A DNA stretch of 43,761 nucleotides from Macrostomum lignano. Its lineage: Eukaryota. The stretch covers positions 1-43,761 of the forward strand of contig NIVC01004506.1 of assembly GCA_002269645.1 (NCBI GenBank), in the 5' to 3' direction. The notes below the pieces were generated by a model that was not told the origin of the DNA, did no database searches, and worked only from the letters and a program-made list of their open reading frames with translations. Position numbers and translations under genes: made by a program. Below are positions 21,745 to 33,526 of this stretch, piece by piece (within the stretch, counting starts at the first letter, position 1; each line of letters starts with the position of its first letter).

Positions 21745-24115
21745 AGGTCATCGCCGAGCCGGTGATCCCCGAGTCGCCGCCGCAGCTGGTGCAGAAGTTT
21801 CCGTCTCAGATCAAGTGCCCGCCAGGCGCCACAGCCAAGCTGGAGGTGCAAATTGGCGGCCACCCGAAGCCGACTTTCGAATGGTACCTGAACGGCAGGG
21901 CCATTAAGACGTCGAAGAAGCACGAGATTGTTGAGAACCAGGGCAGCGTCACGCTGCTCATTTACAATGTACAAGCCAACGATGCCGGGGCCTACATCCT
22001 GAAGGTGCAAAACGACCTGGGCGTGACCACCTGCAAGACTCACCTCACTGTCGATATGCACCAGGCGCATATTAACATTCCGTTCAGCGAACTCAAACAA
22101 AAACAGCAGTCAAAGATGACTTTTCACATCGATAAGGTGCCTCTGCAACAGCTTGTAAACCTAATGTCGTCCGTTGAGTTCTCGCTGAAGTTCCTGCAAC
22201 CGCTTGCTGAACAGTATCGCGTACCTGAGAACAAGACCACTTCCCTCTACTGTGAAGTGCAATCCGAGCCCCCGGCTCAGTTCAAATGGTTCGTCAACGG
22301 CATCGAAATTATGCCGTCCAATCACGACTTCAAGGTGCACACGGAGCGCAACGTGTCGGAGCTGAAGATGCTCCAGCTGCGACAGCAGCCGCACGAAAAG
22401 ACAGAGCTGGTGGTCGAGGCGGCCACACCCCGCGGAAAAATCACCAGCGTCGCTCAGGTAATCGTATCGAAGGAGGCCAGCGATCTTGAGACATTCACGT
22501 CGTCGGCGACAATCACGCCCACTTTCAAGATGCCGCTAGAGCCTGTGGTGGTGACGCAGCCCAAGAAGGCTACAGTGCTCGAAGTTGAGGTTGAGGCGCA
22601 CCCGCCAGCGGACTTTCGTTGGTTTAAGAACGGCATCGAAATTACGCCGTCGCAGAAGTTCGAGATTCGCCGGCCATCGCAGCACCGGTCAGAACTGCAC
22701 ATCCGGTCGGCTGACCTGTCGGACATGGGCCAGTACACGGTCGAGGCTACGTCGGCCATCGGCCGGGCCACCTGCAACACCGTGCTGCAGGTTGGCGATG
22801 AGCTGGCCGAGCCGGCGCTGGTTACGGAAGAGGTCCGCCTACAGCAGGTGTCAGCCCTGCACAATGTAATCCGCGCTCTGAAGCGATCCACCGCGTTGCT
22901 GTTCTGCAGCGTCACCGGTACCCAAGAGCCGGTCAGCTTCCGCTGGTTAGTGCAAGGCGAAGAGGTACAGCAATCCGACAAGTTCGCCATCAAATCGGAT
23001 GGCCATCGATCCGAACTAGCAATAAGAAAGGTTGACGAATCAGATGTTGGTGATTATATATGCGAGGTGACCTCGTCGATCGGCCAGGTGCAAGCTGTTA
23101 CCAAGCTCGAGGTAATTGAAGAGGAGACCACTGGAGAAACCGCATCCGTAGAGCCACAAACGGTTGTTGCTTCGCAAGAGTCGCCAGCCTTCGTGCAACC
23201 TCTGACAGATATGCAAGTGTACGACGGCGATGAAGTTGTACTGAAGTGCTCCGTCAGTGGGTCTAAACCCATCAAGGTTGCATGGTACCACGACGACAAA
23301 GACATCACCAACGCCGAGGACTTTGTCATCAGCTTTGACGAGGAGTCTGGAGTCGCGTCGCTGGTTATTGTCGAAGTGTTCCCAGAGGATCGTGGCGTGT
23401 ACAAATGCGTGGTTGAAAACGTACACGGAAAGTCAGAGACTCAAGCTTTATTGCAAGTAGTAGCCCAAGAGCCCGCAGCTGAGGAATCAGCAGCGCCGAT
23501 GGAGACAGCAGCTACGGAGGTTGAGGCAGCGATTGATCAGGTGGATTCAGCTCAGATGGAGACTGCCGCCACTGAGGAAGCTGTGCAGGTGCATGAGGCG
23601 CCTGCAGAAGAAAAGCCAACTGTCCTGGCCGAATGGGAGACTTGGGAGAAGATTGAAGACAGCGCAGAGGCAACACTGGCGCCGAAAGAAAAGCGATTAG
23701 ACCAGGCGGAGCTGCTGGCAGCATTCGACACTCCCTTTGAATTGCCAACTGAGACCGAGACTGAGACCGAGCCAGTTGAAGAGGATCAACTCGTGTCGGT
23801 CCAGGTGCCCCTCAAAGAAGCGGCTATTGACTTCGATCGCATTTTCGGTGCTCCAAAGGAGGATGAAGAAGCGGCTCCCATGGAAACGGCGCCTGTGGTT
23901 GAAGAAGCGCCAAAGACAATGGAAGCCACGGTTGAAGCTGAAGCCGATGTCACAGCTGTGGCGCAAGAGGAGGCGCCCGTTCACATTGACACATCAGACG
24001 ACATCAAGGAGGGAAAACTAGAAGAGGTGATCCCAATGGACACTCAAAGTGTAGATCTGTTCTTTGAAGAGCCACTGCCGAAAGAGATGCTTGCCGTCAT
24101 TGGCGAGGATGTAAC
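21745..24115 (+). CDS. TTN: Titin-like exon: 5 Ig domains, acidic linker, start of a sixth Ig
   Basis: ORF 21762..24119; tttcag acceptor, AC|GTAAGT donor at 24116. Confidence 0.92.
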
Positions 24116-24279
24116 GTAAGTTTTATGTTGGATGAACGTACTCGTAGCTCGTATTTAGTGTAAAAGAAAGAATTCTAAAGTTCTTGACTGTACTCAAAAA
24201 TAAACATTTTCTAGGTGCTGAATTTACGACTTTCACAATACCCACATGAATTTAAATATGCTTTGTTAATTCTTTTCAG

Positions 24280-24502
24280 TCTCCAGTGCCTTGTTCTTGG
24301 CACCCAGCCAATCGAGGTGTGCTGGCTATTCGAGAATCAGGTTGTTGCCCCAGCAACAGGGTTCAAATTGAATACTCAGCCGACAGTGGCGTGTGCCTCT
24401 TGAAGATTCACCGAGTAACGCTGCAGGATAGCGGAGAGTACGTATGCGAAGCCACTAATATTGCCGGCACCGATGAAACGTTCTGCGTTCTTACTGTCAC
24501 AA
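24280..24502 (+). CDS. TTN: Titin-like exon: Ig domain with an apparent 1-bp deletion at 24348-24351
   Basis: LQCLVLGTQPIEVCWLFENQVVA (ORF 24215 frame) continues as SNRVQIEYSADSG...YVCEATNIAG (ORF 24286 frame). Length 223 is 1 nt short of the required phase 2-1. Confidence 0.85.
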
Positions 24503-24647
24503 GTAATTCTATTTCATATTGTTTGCATTAAACGTATTCGCAAGTCCAGGTTTTAGGGGAGCTTGGGAGTTGGGTTACTCTACTAGTTGAATAGAAAATA
24601 TGCTAAAACTAATTGCTAAACCCTAAAACTACGCAACCCTTTATTAG

Positions 24648-27600
24648 ATACCGAAACCGGCCAGACTGAAGTTGTCGACTTCGAAGTATCCGAGGACGTT
24701 GCTGACGCAGAGCTGAAGGCGGCCAGCGTCGGTCAGGAGCAGCAGTCGGAAGCCCTAGCCAGCAGCGAGCAACCCGAGTCGCAAGCAGCTCCGCAACAGG
24801 CAACCTTGGCCGAAGAGAAGGCAGAAGACGTTCTGGAGGCCACCCAGGAGATGACCGAGTCGGAACTGGTGCCTCCCGTGTTTGAATGGGCTCTGCAGCC
24901 GCTGAAAGTGATGGATGGCGAGGAAGTGAAGTTGACATGCATTCTGCGCGCTAATCCGATGCCGCTAATGGTCATCTGGTACAAAGACGATGAAATCATT
25001 GAAGAAAGTAACGATATTGAAGTGTTTTATAGTCCAGAGACGGGTGAGTGCGAGCTATGGATTAGCGAAGCATTTCCAGAGGATACCGGTACATACAAAG
25101 TGGTTGCCACAACACCGTACGGTAAGGCGATCACAGAAGCAAACCTCACAGTCGAGCAGTACGAGTACGTCTCTTCTGCAGCACCTTCGTCGCATGGATC
25201 GCTAGGTGAGGAGCTTCAAGAAGGCCCCGTGCCGCTGCAAGAGGCCGTTGTGGAAGAGGCGCCAATGCAGGAGATTTCTCGAGTCGAAGAAGTCCGAATC
25301 GAGAGCTCGCCCGAAGCGGCTACCGCAGCTACCGCAGTTTCAGACACAGTCGAAGTGCTCGCTAGCTCCGCTGTGTCTGCAGCAGCGGAGGCAACCGAGG
25401 ACGCGAGTGTCTTTGAAGCCGAAGTGACTGAATCGGCTACTCAGCAAGAAGAAGAGTTTACACTCGACGCGACAGCTGAAACCACTGAAAAAGCAACTAT
25501 GAAGGCTTCGGCGACCCTCAAAGAAGAAACCCAGCCTGAGGAGACAACATTCGAAGCCGATGCAGGTGTGGAAGAGTTTAGTGCAACTTCTACGGCAGAA
25601 GTGGAAGCTCCAAAAGCTGAACAGGAAGCACAGGCTTTTGTGACTCAGGAGTTAGAGGAGCAACAACCACTGGATTCAACAGAAGCCGACATGGCACCAG
25701 TAGAGGAGATACAAGCAGAAGCCGAAGAAACCATGGATAGCAAAGCTACCCCAGTTGTTCAGGAGCCTCAACAGTATGTCAGCCACGAAGTTGTTGAGGA
25801 GCAATCGGTTGATGCAACTGCTGCTGATGTTGCACCTGTCGAGGAGCTACAAGCAGAGGCCGAAGAAACCATGGATAGCAAGGCTACCCCAGTTGTTCAG
25901 GAGCCGCAGCAGTACGTCAGCCACGAAGTTGTTGAGGAGCAACCGGTTGATGCAACTGCTGATGAAGTTGCACCTGTCGAAGAACTTCAAGCGGAACCTG
26001 AAGAGACCCTTGACAGCAAAGCCGCACCAGCTGTTCAGGAGCCGCAGCAGTACGTCAGTCATGAAATTGTTGAGGAGCAACCGGTTGATGCAACTGCTGC
26101 TGAAGTTGCACCTATCGAGGAGCTACAAGCAGAGGCCGAAGAAACCATGGACAGCAAGGCTACCCCCGTTGTTCAGGAGCCGCAGCAGTATTTCAGTCAT
26201 GAAATTGTTGAGGAGCAACCGGTTGATGCAACTGCTGCTGAAGTTGCATCTGTCGAAGAACTTCAAGCGGAACCTGAAGAGACCCTTGACAGCAAAGCCG
26301 CACCAGCTGTTCAGGAGCCGCAGCAGTACGTCAGTCATGAAATTGTTGAGGAGCAACCGGTTGATGCAACTGCTGCTGAAGTTGCACCTGTCGAAGAACT
26401 TCAAGCGGAACCTGAAGAGACCCTTGACAGCAAAGCCGCACCAGCTGTTCAGGAGCCGCAGCAGTACGTCAGTCATGAAATTGTTGAGGAGCAACCGGTT
26501 GATGCAACTGCTGCTGAAGTTGCACCTATCGAGGAGCTACAAGCAGAGGCCGAAGAAACCATGGACAGCAAGGCTACCCCCGTTGTTCAGGAGCCGCAGC
26601 AGTATTTCAGTCATGAAATTGTTGAGGAGCAACCGGTTGATGCAACTGCTGCTGAAGTTGCATCTGTCGAAGAACTTCAAGCGGAACCTGAAGAGACCCT
26701 TGACAGCAAAGCCGCACCAGCTGTTCAGGAGCCGCAGCAGTACGTCAGTCATGAAATTGTTGAGGAGCAACCGGTTGATGCAACTGCTGCTGAAGTTGCA
26801 CCTGTCGAAGAACTTCAAGCGGAACCTGAAGAGACCCTTGACAGCAAAGCCGCACCAGCTGTTCAGGAGCCGCAGCAGTACGTCAGTCATGAAATTGTTG
26901 AGGAGCAACCGGTTGATGCAACTGCTGCTGAAGTTGCACCTATCGAGGAGCTACAAGCAGAGGCCGAAGAAACCATGGACAGCAAGGCTACCCCGTTGTT
27001 CAGGAGCCGCAGCAGTATTTCAGTCATGAAATTGTTGAGGAGCAACCGGTTGATGCAACTGCTGCTGAAGTTGCATCTGTCGAAGAACTTCAAGCGGAAC
27101 CTGAAGAGACCCTTGACAGCAAAGCCGCACCAGCTGTTCAGGAGCCGCAGCAGTACGTCAGTCATGAAATTGTTGAGGAGCAACCGGTTGATGCAACTGC
27201 TGCTGAAGTTGCACCTGTCGAAGAACTTCAAGCGGAACCTGAAGAGACCCTTGACAGCAAAGCCGCACCAGCTGTTCAGGAGCCGCAGCAGTACGTCACG
27301 CAGGAAGTTGCCGAAGAGGCTGCAGTTGATGCGACTGCCACTGAGGTCGCGCCGATCGAAGAACAGACTGTCCAATCCGATGATACACTTGATACCAAAA
27401 CAAATATCACTGCACAAGAGGCACAGCACTACGTCACTCAGGAAGTGGCGGAAGAACAGCCTGAAGAGTCCTTTTCAGAAGGCATACAAGAGAAACAGTC
27501 GACTACCGCTGCCATTCAAGAAGAGATGCCTGCCGACCAAAGTGCTGCCGAGGTGCAAGAGGCCCAACAATACGTCACTCAAGAGGTAGCTGATGAAACT

Positions 27601-29988
27601 CCAGTGGACGTTGCTTCAGTAGAACTTGCACCAGTTGAAGAGCAAAAGGCTGAAGGTGAAGAAACTCTCGCTACCCCAGCTAAGCCAGAAGTTCAAGAAG
27701 CTCAGCAGTATGTAACTCAAGAGGTAGCTGAGGAGCAATCTGAAGACACTGTCACGCAGGACCTTCAAGAGAAGACTCCAGCTGTTGCTGCTGTACAAGA
27801 GGAACTACCAGCCGATGCTACAACAACTGAAGTTTCTGCCGTCGAAGAGATTCAATTAGAATCTGAGGAGACTACCGATGCGCAAGCGACTTCTACGATG
27901 CAACAAGCTCAGCAGTACCGAACTCAAGAGGTCGCTGAAGACTTCTCACTGGAAGAAGCTTCGACAGAAACCGAACAGAAGCACAAAGAGCCCGTTGCCG
28001 CTGAGCCAGTAGAAGTGGAAGAAGTCAAAGGCGATAAGAGCGTCCAGCTTCAGCCGACCAGTACAACCGAGCAAGAAGAGGCTCTCCCGATAGAGGAAGT
28101 CGGAGACATGGAGGCGAAGAAGCCGCTGCTTGTAAAAGAAGACAAAGAAGAAGTTCCAGAAGAGTCTCTGGTAGAGCAGCAGCTTCAGGAGATGCAACTC
28201 AAACCTGCAGAAGAAACTTCGAAAATGGAAGCTGCATCAGCAGCAACTGAAAGCGAAAAGGCAGAAGTTCTTACTGCTGAAAGCTCTGAGGAAACTGCGG
28301 CTGATGCCAGCATTCAGCTAGAGTCAGAAGCTACAGTTGAAGAGGAATTTTCTGCTGAAATTACTGCCACAGAAGTTGCTCCAGTAGAAGAGATGCATGT
28401 AGAAGCTGAGCAAACTCTCGAAAGTGAAGCGACCTCTACGGTCCAGGAGGCTGCAAATTTTGAAAGCCAAGAAGCGACTAAAGAACTAAAAATGGATGTT
28501 GCATCTGCTGAGATGGCTCCCATTGAGGAGAAGCAAGCTGTTTCTGAAGAAACTGTAGAAAACAAAGCCGCTTCTACTGTACAAGAGCCGCAAGAGTATG
28601 TTACTCAAGAAGTTACTGAAGAAGCTTCTGTGGATACCCTGGAAGCCGAAGTTGCACCAATCGAAGAGCTGCAGGCTGAGTCACAAGAAACTGCCCAAGC
28701 AGAAGCGGCATCAACCAAAGAGGTTGCGCAACAATACGTGACTCATGAGGTTGCAGAGGAAGCCCCAGTCGATGTCACAGCTGATGTTGCGCCAGTTGAA
28801 GAAAAACAAGCTGAGACCAAGGAGACGCTTGATGCCAAGGCTGAGTCAACTGTTCAAAAAGTTCAGGAATACGTCACTCATGAAGTAACCGAAGAAGCAC
28901 CTGTAGATGTCGCAACTGACGAACTGTCACTGGTTGAGGAGCAGAAGGCTGAAGCTGAAGAAACACTCGCTGCCCCAGCTAAGCCAGAAGTTCAAGAAGC
29001 TCAGCAGTATGTAACTCAAGAGGTAGCTGAGGAGCAACCTGAAGACACTGTCACGCAGGACCTTCAAGAGAAGACTCCAGCTGTTGCTGCTGTACAAGAG
29101 GAACTACCAGCCGATGCTACAACAACTGAAGTTTCTGCCGTCGAAGAGATTCAATTAGAATCTGAGGAGACTACCGATGCGCAAGCGACTTCTACGATGC
29201 AACAAGCTCAGCAGTACCAAACTCAAGAGGTCGCTGAAGACTTCTCACTAGAAGAGGCTTCGACAGAAACCGAACAGAAGCACGAAGAGCCCGTTGCCGC
29301 TGAGCCAGTAGAAGTGGAAGAAGTCAAAGGCGATAAGAGCGTCCAGCTTCAGCCGACCAGTACAACCGAGCAAGAAGAGGCTCTCCCGATAGAGGAAATC
29401 GGAGACATGGAGGCGAAGAAGCCGCTGCTTGTAAAAGAAGACAAAGAAGAAGTTCCAGAGGAGTCTCTGGTAGAGCAGCAGCTGCAGGAGATGCAGGTAA
29501 AACCCGCTGAAACAGGTGCATCTGCCGACACAGCTCCAAAAGCAAAAGCTCAAGAGGTCCGAGCGGCTAGCCTCCAAGAGCCGATGGAACAAGAAATGGC
29601 TCAGGACATCACTGTGTCTGACGATTCCGACTTTATTGACTCAGACTTTGAAGAGGTAAAGGTTGAGTCAGACATGGGCCAGGAGTCAGTGACCAAGATG
29701 CTTCTGGAGCAGCAGAGCCTGCTGCAAATAGCTTGCGTCGACGATTCCGAACGGCTTCAATCTCTGCCAGAAGCATCCAGCGATCAGCCAGAGGTGGCTG
29801 CTGTCGATGAGATCGCCATGACTGAGAAGCCGGAAGTCAGTGCGCAGCAGCCGGATGTCTTGGAGGCGCCAAAACCAAAACTGTTTGTCACACAAGAGCT
29901 CAAATCTGTTGAGGTGTTTGAGACAATGGACATCCTACTCGAGTGCGCGGTGACCGACCTACCGCAGCTGAGCGTGGCCTGGTTTCAG
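24648..29988 (+). CDS. TTN: Titin-like 5.3-kb exon: Ig, ~1600-aa acidic repetitive (PEVK-analogous) spacer, start of an Ig; apparent 1-bp deletion at 26991-26994
   Basis: ORFs 24806..27589 and 27445..30003 overlap in different frames; ttattag acceptor, CAG|GTAAGC donor. Confidence 0.9.
25760..27295 (+). repeat. Coding tandem repeat, 138 bp / 46 aa, 11 homogeneous units with a 414-bp higher-order period
   Basis: CAGGAGCC (QEP) motif at 25760, 25898, 26036, 26174, 26312, 26450, 26588, 26726, 26864, 27001, 27139, 27277. Confidence 0.95.
27634..29511 (+). repeat. Coding duplication of about 580 bp (27634-28212 and 28933-29511), offset 1299 bp
   Basis: Near-identical AKPEVQEAQQYVTQEV...EQQLQEMQ.KPAE blocks in ORF 27445. 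Confidence 0.92.
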
Positions 29989-30085
29989 GTAAGCAATATC
30001 TAAAGCCGAACTGTTTTCTAACTAGTTTCTTTGACCTAGAACGCTTTTAATAAAGCAGCGTCAAACTTGCAATCCAATAATGCAG

Positions 30086-30254
30086 AATGAAATGCCAGTG
30101 AAAGCGGATAGCCGTCACTCCGCTGTTTACACTGCGGGCGTGTGCTCGCTGCAGATTGTATCAGCCACCGCTGACGACTCTGGTGTGTACAAGGTTAAAG
30201 TGTCCGCCGAAACGGGAGAGAGTGTGTCCACCAGTGCCGAAGTTCAAGTTATGA
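30086..30254 (+). CDS. TTN: Titin-like exon: C-terminal half of an Ig domain
   Basis: ORF 30080 frame; tgcag acceptor, A|GTGAGT donor. Confidence 0.9.
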
Positions 30255-30379
30255 GTGAGTACTTTGCTGTTTTTACAAACTCCGGTCAAGGTCTTCTAGG
30301 CGTATTAGTTTCTACAGCAATAGGGTACTATCTAGAAAATTTCGTATGCTCGTAAAGAATTAGCTGAATTTCCTTGAAG

Positions 30380-30480
30380 GTCTACGCGACTGCGAATTGC
30401 ACGAGGACATTGTCATCACGGAGCGTCGAATTTACTACTATTGGGACGCCAGGCATCATCGCACAGAGTGTCATAACTAA
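30380..30480 (+). CDS. Candidate alternative terminal exon (S)LRDCELHEDIVITERRIYYYWDARHHRTECHN*
   Basis: Phase-1-compatible but weak acceptor (ttccttgaag); GC-richer open stretch ending TAA at 30478-30480. Confidence 0.3.
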
Positions 30481-30769
30481 TAGCTATTAACTAGCAATGC
30501 TGCTCATTTATTGTATTCTCGTGCACATTGGCAATGCTATTTGGCAGCTCGGCACTGTTTATTCTGTACTTTTGTCACATCGCACATTAGATGGAAAATT
30601 TATCGATTTTCTGTACCGCGAATATTTAGACTTTCGTTTATTAGTTGCACTTGTTGCTCTCAGCTCAGTGAGAAGCTCAAGCCCCAAAAACTGATGGCTG
30701 GCGGCATCGCGCTTTCGCCAATAGTTCTCAGAATCGTTGATCAACCCTCTGCCAACAAATTCATTGCAG

Positions 30770-30808
30770 CGAAAGAGAAGCCAAAGGAGGCGCCAGAAAA
30801 GGCTCAAG
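30770..30808 (+). CDS. Candidate 39-nt cassette micro-exon (T)KEKPKEAPEKAQ
   Basis: ttcattgcag acceptor, G|GTAGGA donor, phase 1-1, PEVK-like composition. Confidence 0.45.
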
Positions 30809-31540
30809 GTAGGACTCCAATAAAAATTCTCGCGCACACGCCTGCATGCAAACCCGAAAGCCAGTGTATAGCAATAAATCACGGGTCGCTTTGTTTTTTC
30901 CTTAGACTTCCGCCTCGAGACACAGCCAACCTGCATGCCTGCCTGGCCATCAGTTTCTTTGGCTTTTTGTAAATTAACCCCCATACTGACAAACAAACTA
31001 AGGTGTTTTAAAACACTAGCTTAGTCGCATGTACGAAACCGAAATTATTGTGCGTCCTATTATTGATTAATAAGGTAACTATGCATTGTTTGACGTGCTT
31101 TTTAAGTGTTTCGCTATCGTAAATATAGCTCGTAGTAACACTATGATAATAAAGTACCCGAATTTTCCTCAGTATCAGAGTCTTGCATGCGGCTCTATTC
31201 TTGACTCGCTATGTACGTTTTTCTCCAACCATTGTTTATCGGAGTTACTCTGGGATATAACCAGATTTTGTTTAAATTGCGCGCTCCGCATGCTCAACAA
31301 GTGTTTTAAGTAAAAAGTCGGAAAACTACTGTCAACTGAACGCCAATCAGTCATTTGGCAATCGCACATCATTTTTACGCGCAACTCAACCGACAGCATC
31401 GTTTCTGATTTGTGCGATTATTTCAATAATAACTAGGCTTTTAGTTGGTCCTCTACTGTCGTCACTGGAGCCAGTCACGGGGTGGTTAATTGCAAAGCAT
31501 AGTAACAGAAAATTTGCAATCCAACTGACAGTGCTACCAG

Positions 31541-32070
31541 CCGAAGCCAAAGCATCCAGGCTCAAACTGCTAATTAGCGACATCGACGAAGATACGGACT
31601 CGCTAGTGCCGAGTCCGCTGTCCTGGCGCAGTCCCGTGCCCCTCAGCTCCCTCAGCGTGACCATCAGCGATGATTTCGATCCGTTGGAGCCCGGCTTCAC
31701 ACAACTGCCGCCAACATATGTCAGCGTATCCTCCGGTAGCCCCGTGCAGCTGCGCTACGCCTTCCGACCAGCCAATTGTAGCGTTGTCTGGACGTTCGGC
31801 GAATCCACGCTGCCAGTAGATGTGCATATTCACACCTATCGGAGCGAAAGGTTAGATGCAGAGTCTGAGACGGTGCTGCAAGTGCAAGTTGCTCGAGCTG
31901 GAATTCACGCTGGTATCTATTGTTGCGAAATCTCGAACGACCACGGGTTCGAGTGTGCCCGCGTACAGCTGTCTGTTGCCGATCCCGGCTGGGGTGGCAA
32001 CGGCAGTCTTGACTGGGAGGGTGAGGAAGTGGCCTCAATGGATTGCAGCGCGGTCACTCAAATCAGCTAA
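31541..32070 (+). CDS. Candidate alternative exon with a divergent Ig domain; either terminal (stop 32068-32070) or cassette (donor at 32021)
   Basis: ORF 31531..32070 with PGFTQL...VVWTFG...GIYCCEISNDHG. Phase-1 acceptors end at 31531 and 31540, internal G|GTGAGG gives 480 nt, ATTAAA at 32142 and 32191. Confidence 0.7.
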
Positions 32071-32350
32071 CTCTTCTCGGTATAGCGTTGCATAACTTAT
32101 AATTGATAAAAACGTGCTTTAGTTGCCTAGAATTGCTTTTAATTAAATCAACCATTACTGATATGCGCATTAACGAGATAAATGATTGTTATTAAAAGTT
32201 GCTCGTAACAAGCTGTAGTCAATAACAACTGCGATAACTCACTTGAGTAGAAGGTATTAACTTTTTAATCTGTTTCAAAATTAGAAGTCTTCCGCGTGCG
32301 TACACGTGACGGCTTAAATAAAAAGTCTTTCTAATCCTTAATCCCCGCAG

Positions 32351-32551
32351 AAGAGACAATCGACGTCTCCGTTGACACGTCAGCCAAGGAGGTGCCCCAG
32401 GAGGCAGCAAAACTGTCCTTCGACGTTGACGCTGACAGCAAAGAGGCGCCAGATGAACTCGACTTCAGCGTGGACGCAGACATCCAGGCTGAGGAGCCGG
32501 AAGTTGAAGAGGAGCCAATGGCGCCGGTCAAGCAACCGGAAGTTGAAAAAC
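32351..32551 (+). CDS. TTN: Titin-like exon: acidic linker
   Basis: ORF 32392 frame; ccccgcag acceptor, C|GTAAGT donor; phase 1-1. Confidence 0.85.
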
Positions 32552-32692
32552 GTAAGTTATTTGGATTTCGTTTCAAAGCTACTTAAAGTTTTTTTCTTGA
32601 AAGTTTTTCTTCACTTTTAAGTCTTTCATTCAAAACGGTAATAGTACTCATTAGTCCTTTTACCCGTACAATTTCTTGCTCACCATTCACAG

Positions 32693-33268
32693 CCCGCACG
32701 GACTTCGACGCCTCCGTGGACACCGAGGCTCGCGCCGCGCCTAAAGAATCTGCAAAGTTTACAGCCGACGTTGACGCTTCGACCACGGAGGCCACCGAAG
32801 CCGATTTCGAAATCAGCGGCAGTGGCGAAGTCGAGGAACAGCCGCTGGCTCACGAGCAGGTCACTCTGGCCGAGGCTGAACCTGAGGAAGCCGCCGCAGA
32901 TTTCTCCGCCGAGCTGGAGCCGGAACAGAGCACCGAGTCAGCCACAGCTCAGCTCAGCCAAGCGGTCGCCAAGCCCGCCCCGGTCATCCTGCAGGGCCTA
33001 CAGCCGCAGACGGTTATCGAAGGTCAAACTGTTGAATTCCACGTCGGATTTGAGGCCCACGAAGAGCAAGCGGTGGTCACATGGCTCAAGGACGGCGTCA
33101 AACTCGCTCCTAGCGAGCGAATCAGCATCGAGACCCGGCCGAAGTCAACCAGCCTGCGCATTCAGGAAGCAACAAAAGAGGACATTGCGGAGTACTCTGT
33201 GTCATTGTCGGTGGATGAGGATACGGAACCAGTTGTCTCAGAAGCACGGCTGACTGTTGAGAAGAAGG
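32693..33268 (+). CDS. TTN: Titin-like exon: acidic linker plus one Ig domain
   Basis: ORF 32716 frame; ttcacag acceptor, G|GTGAGT donor; phase 1-1. Confidence 0.9.
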
Positions 33269-33378
33269 GTGAGTCATGATGAAGTTTTTCCCAGTCTGAG
33301 TTCGTACTTTAACTTCAATTCAAAAATTTGAGTTGATTATAAGCACTGATCACAAATTTACAAATTTCCTCATTTTAG

Positions 33379-33526
33379 ACAAGCCAGCAAAGTTCACTGA
33401 CCAGTTGGTCTCAAAGACAGTCAAACTGAACGAGAAAGTGATTCTGGAGGTCAACTACGAAGGCTACCCGCAGCCGGACGTTGTCTGGACCTTCGACGGC
33501 AAAGTAGACTGTCAGACTGACGAAAG
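33379..33526 (+). CDS. TTN: Titin-like exon: N-terminal half of an Ig domain
   Basis: ORF 33333 frame; cattttag acceptor, AG|GTATTT donor. Confidence 0.88.

Noticed and set aside
24341-27000. Programmed ribosomal frameshifting at the two C runs
   Set aside because: No slippery heptamer or downstream structure, and sister repeats have the intact run. Homopolymer error is simpler.
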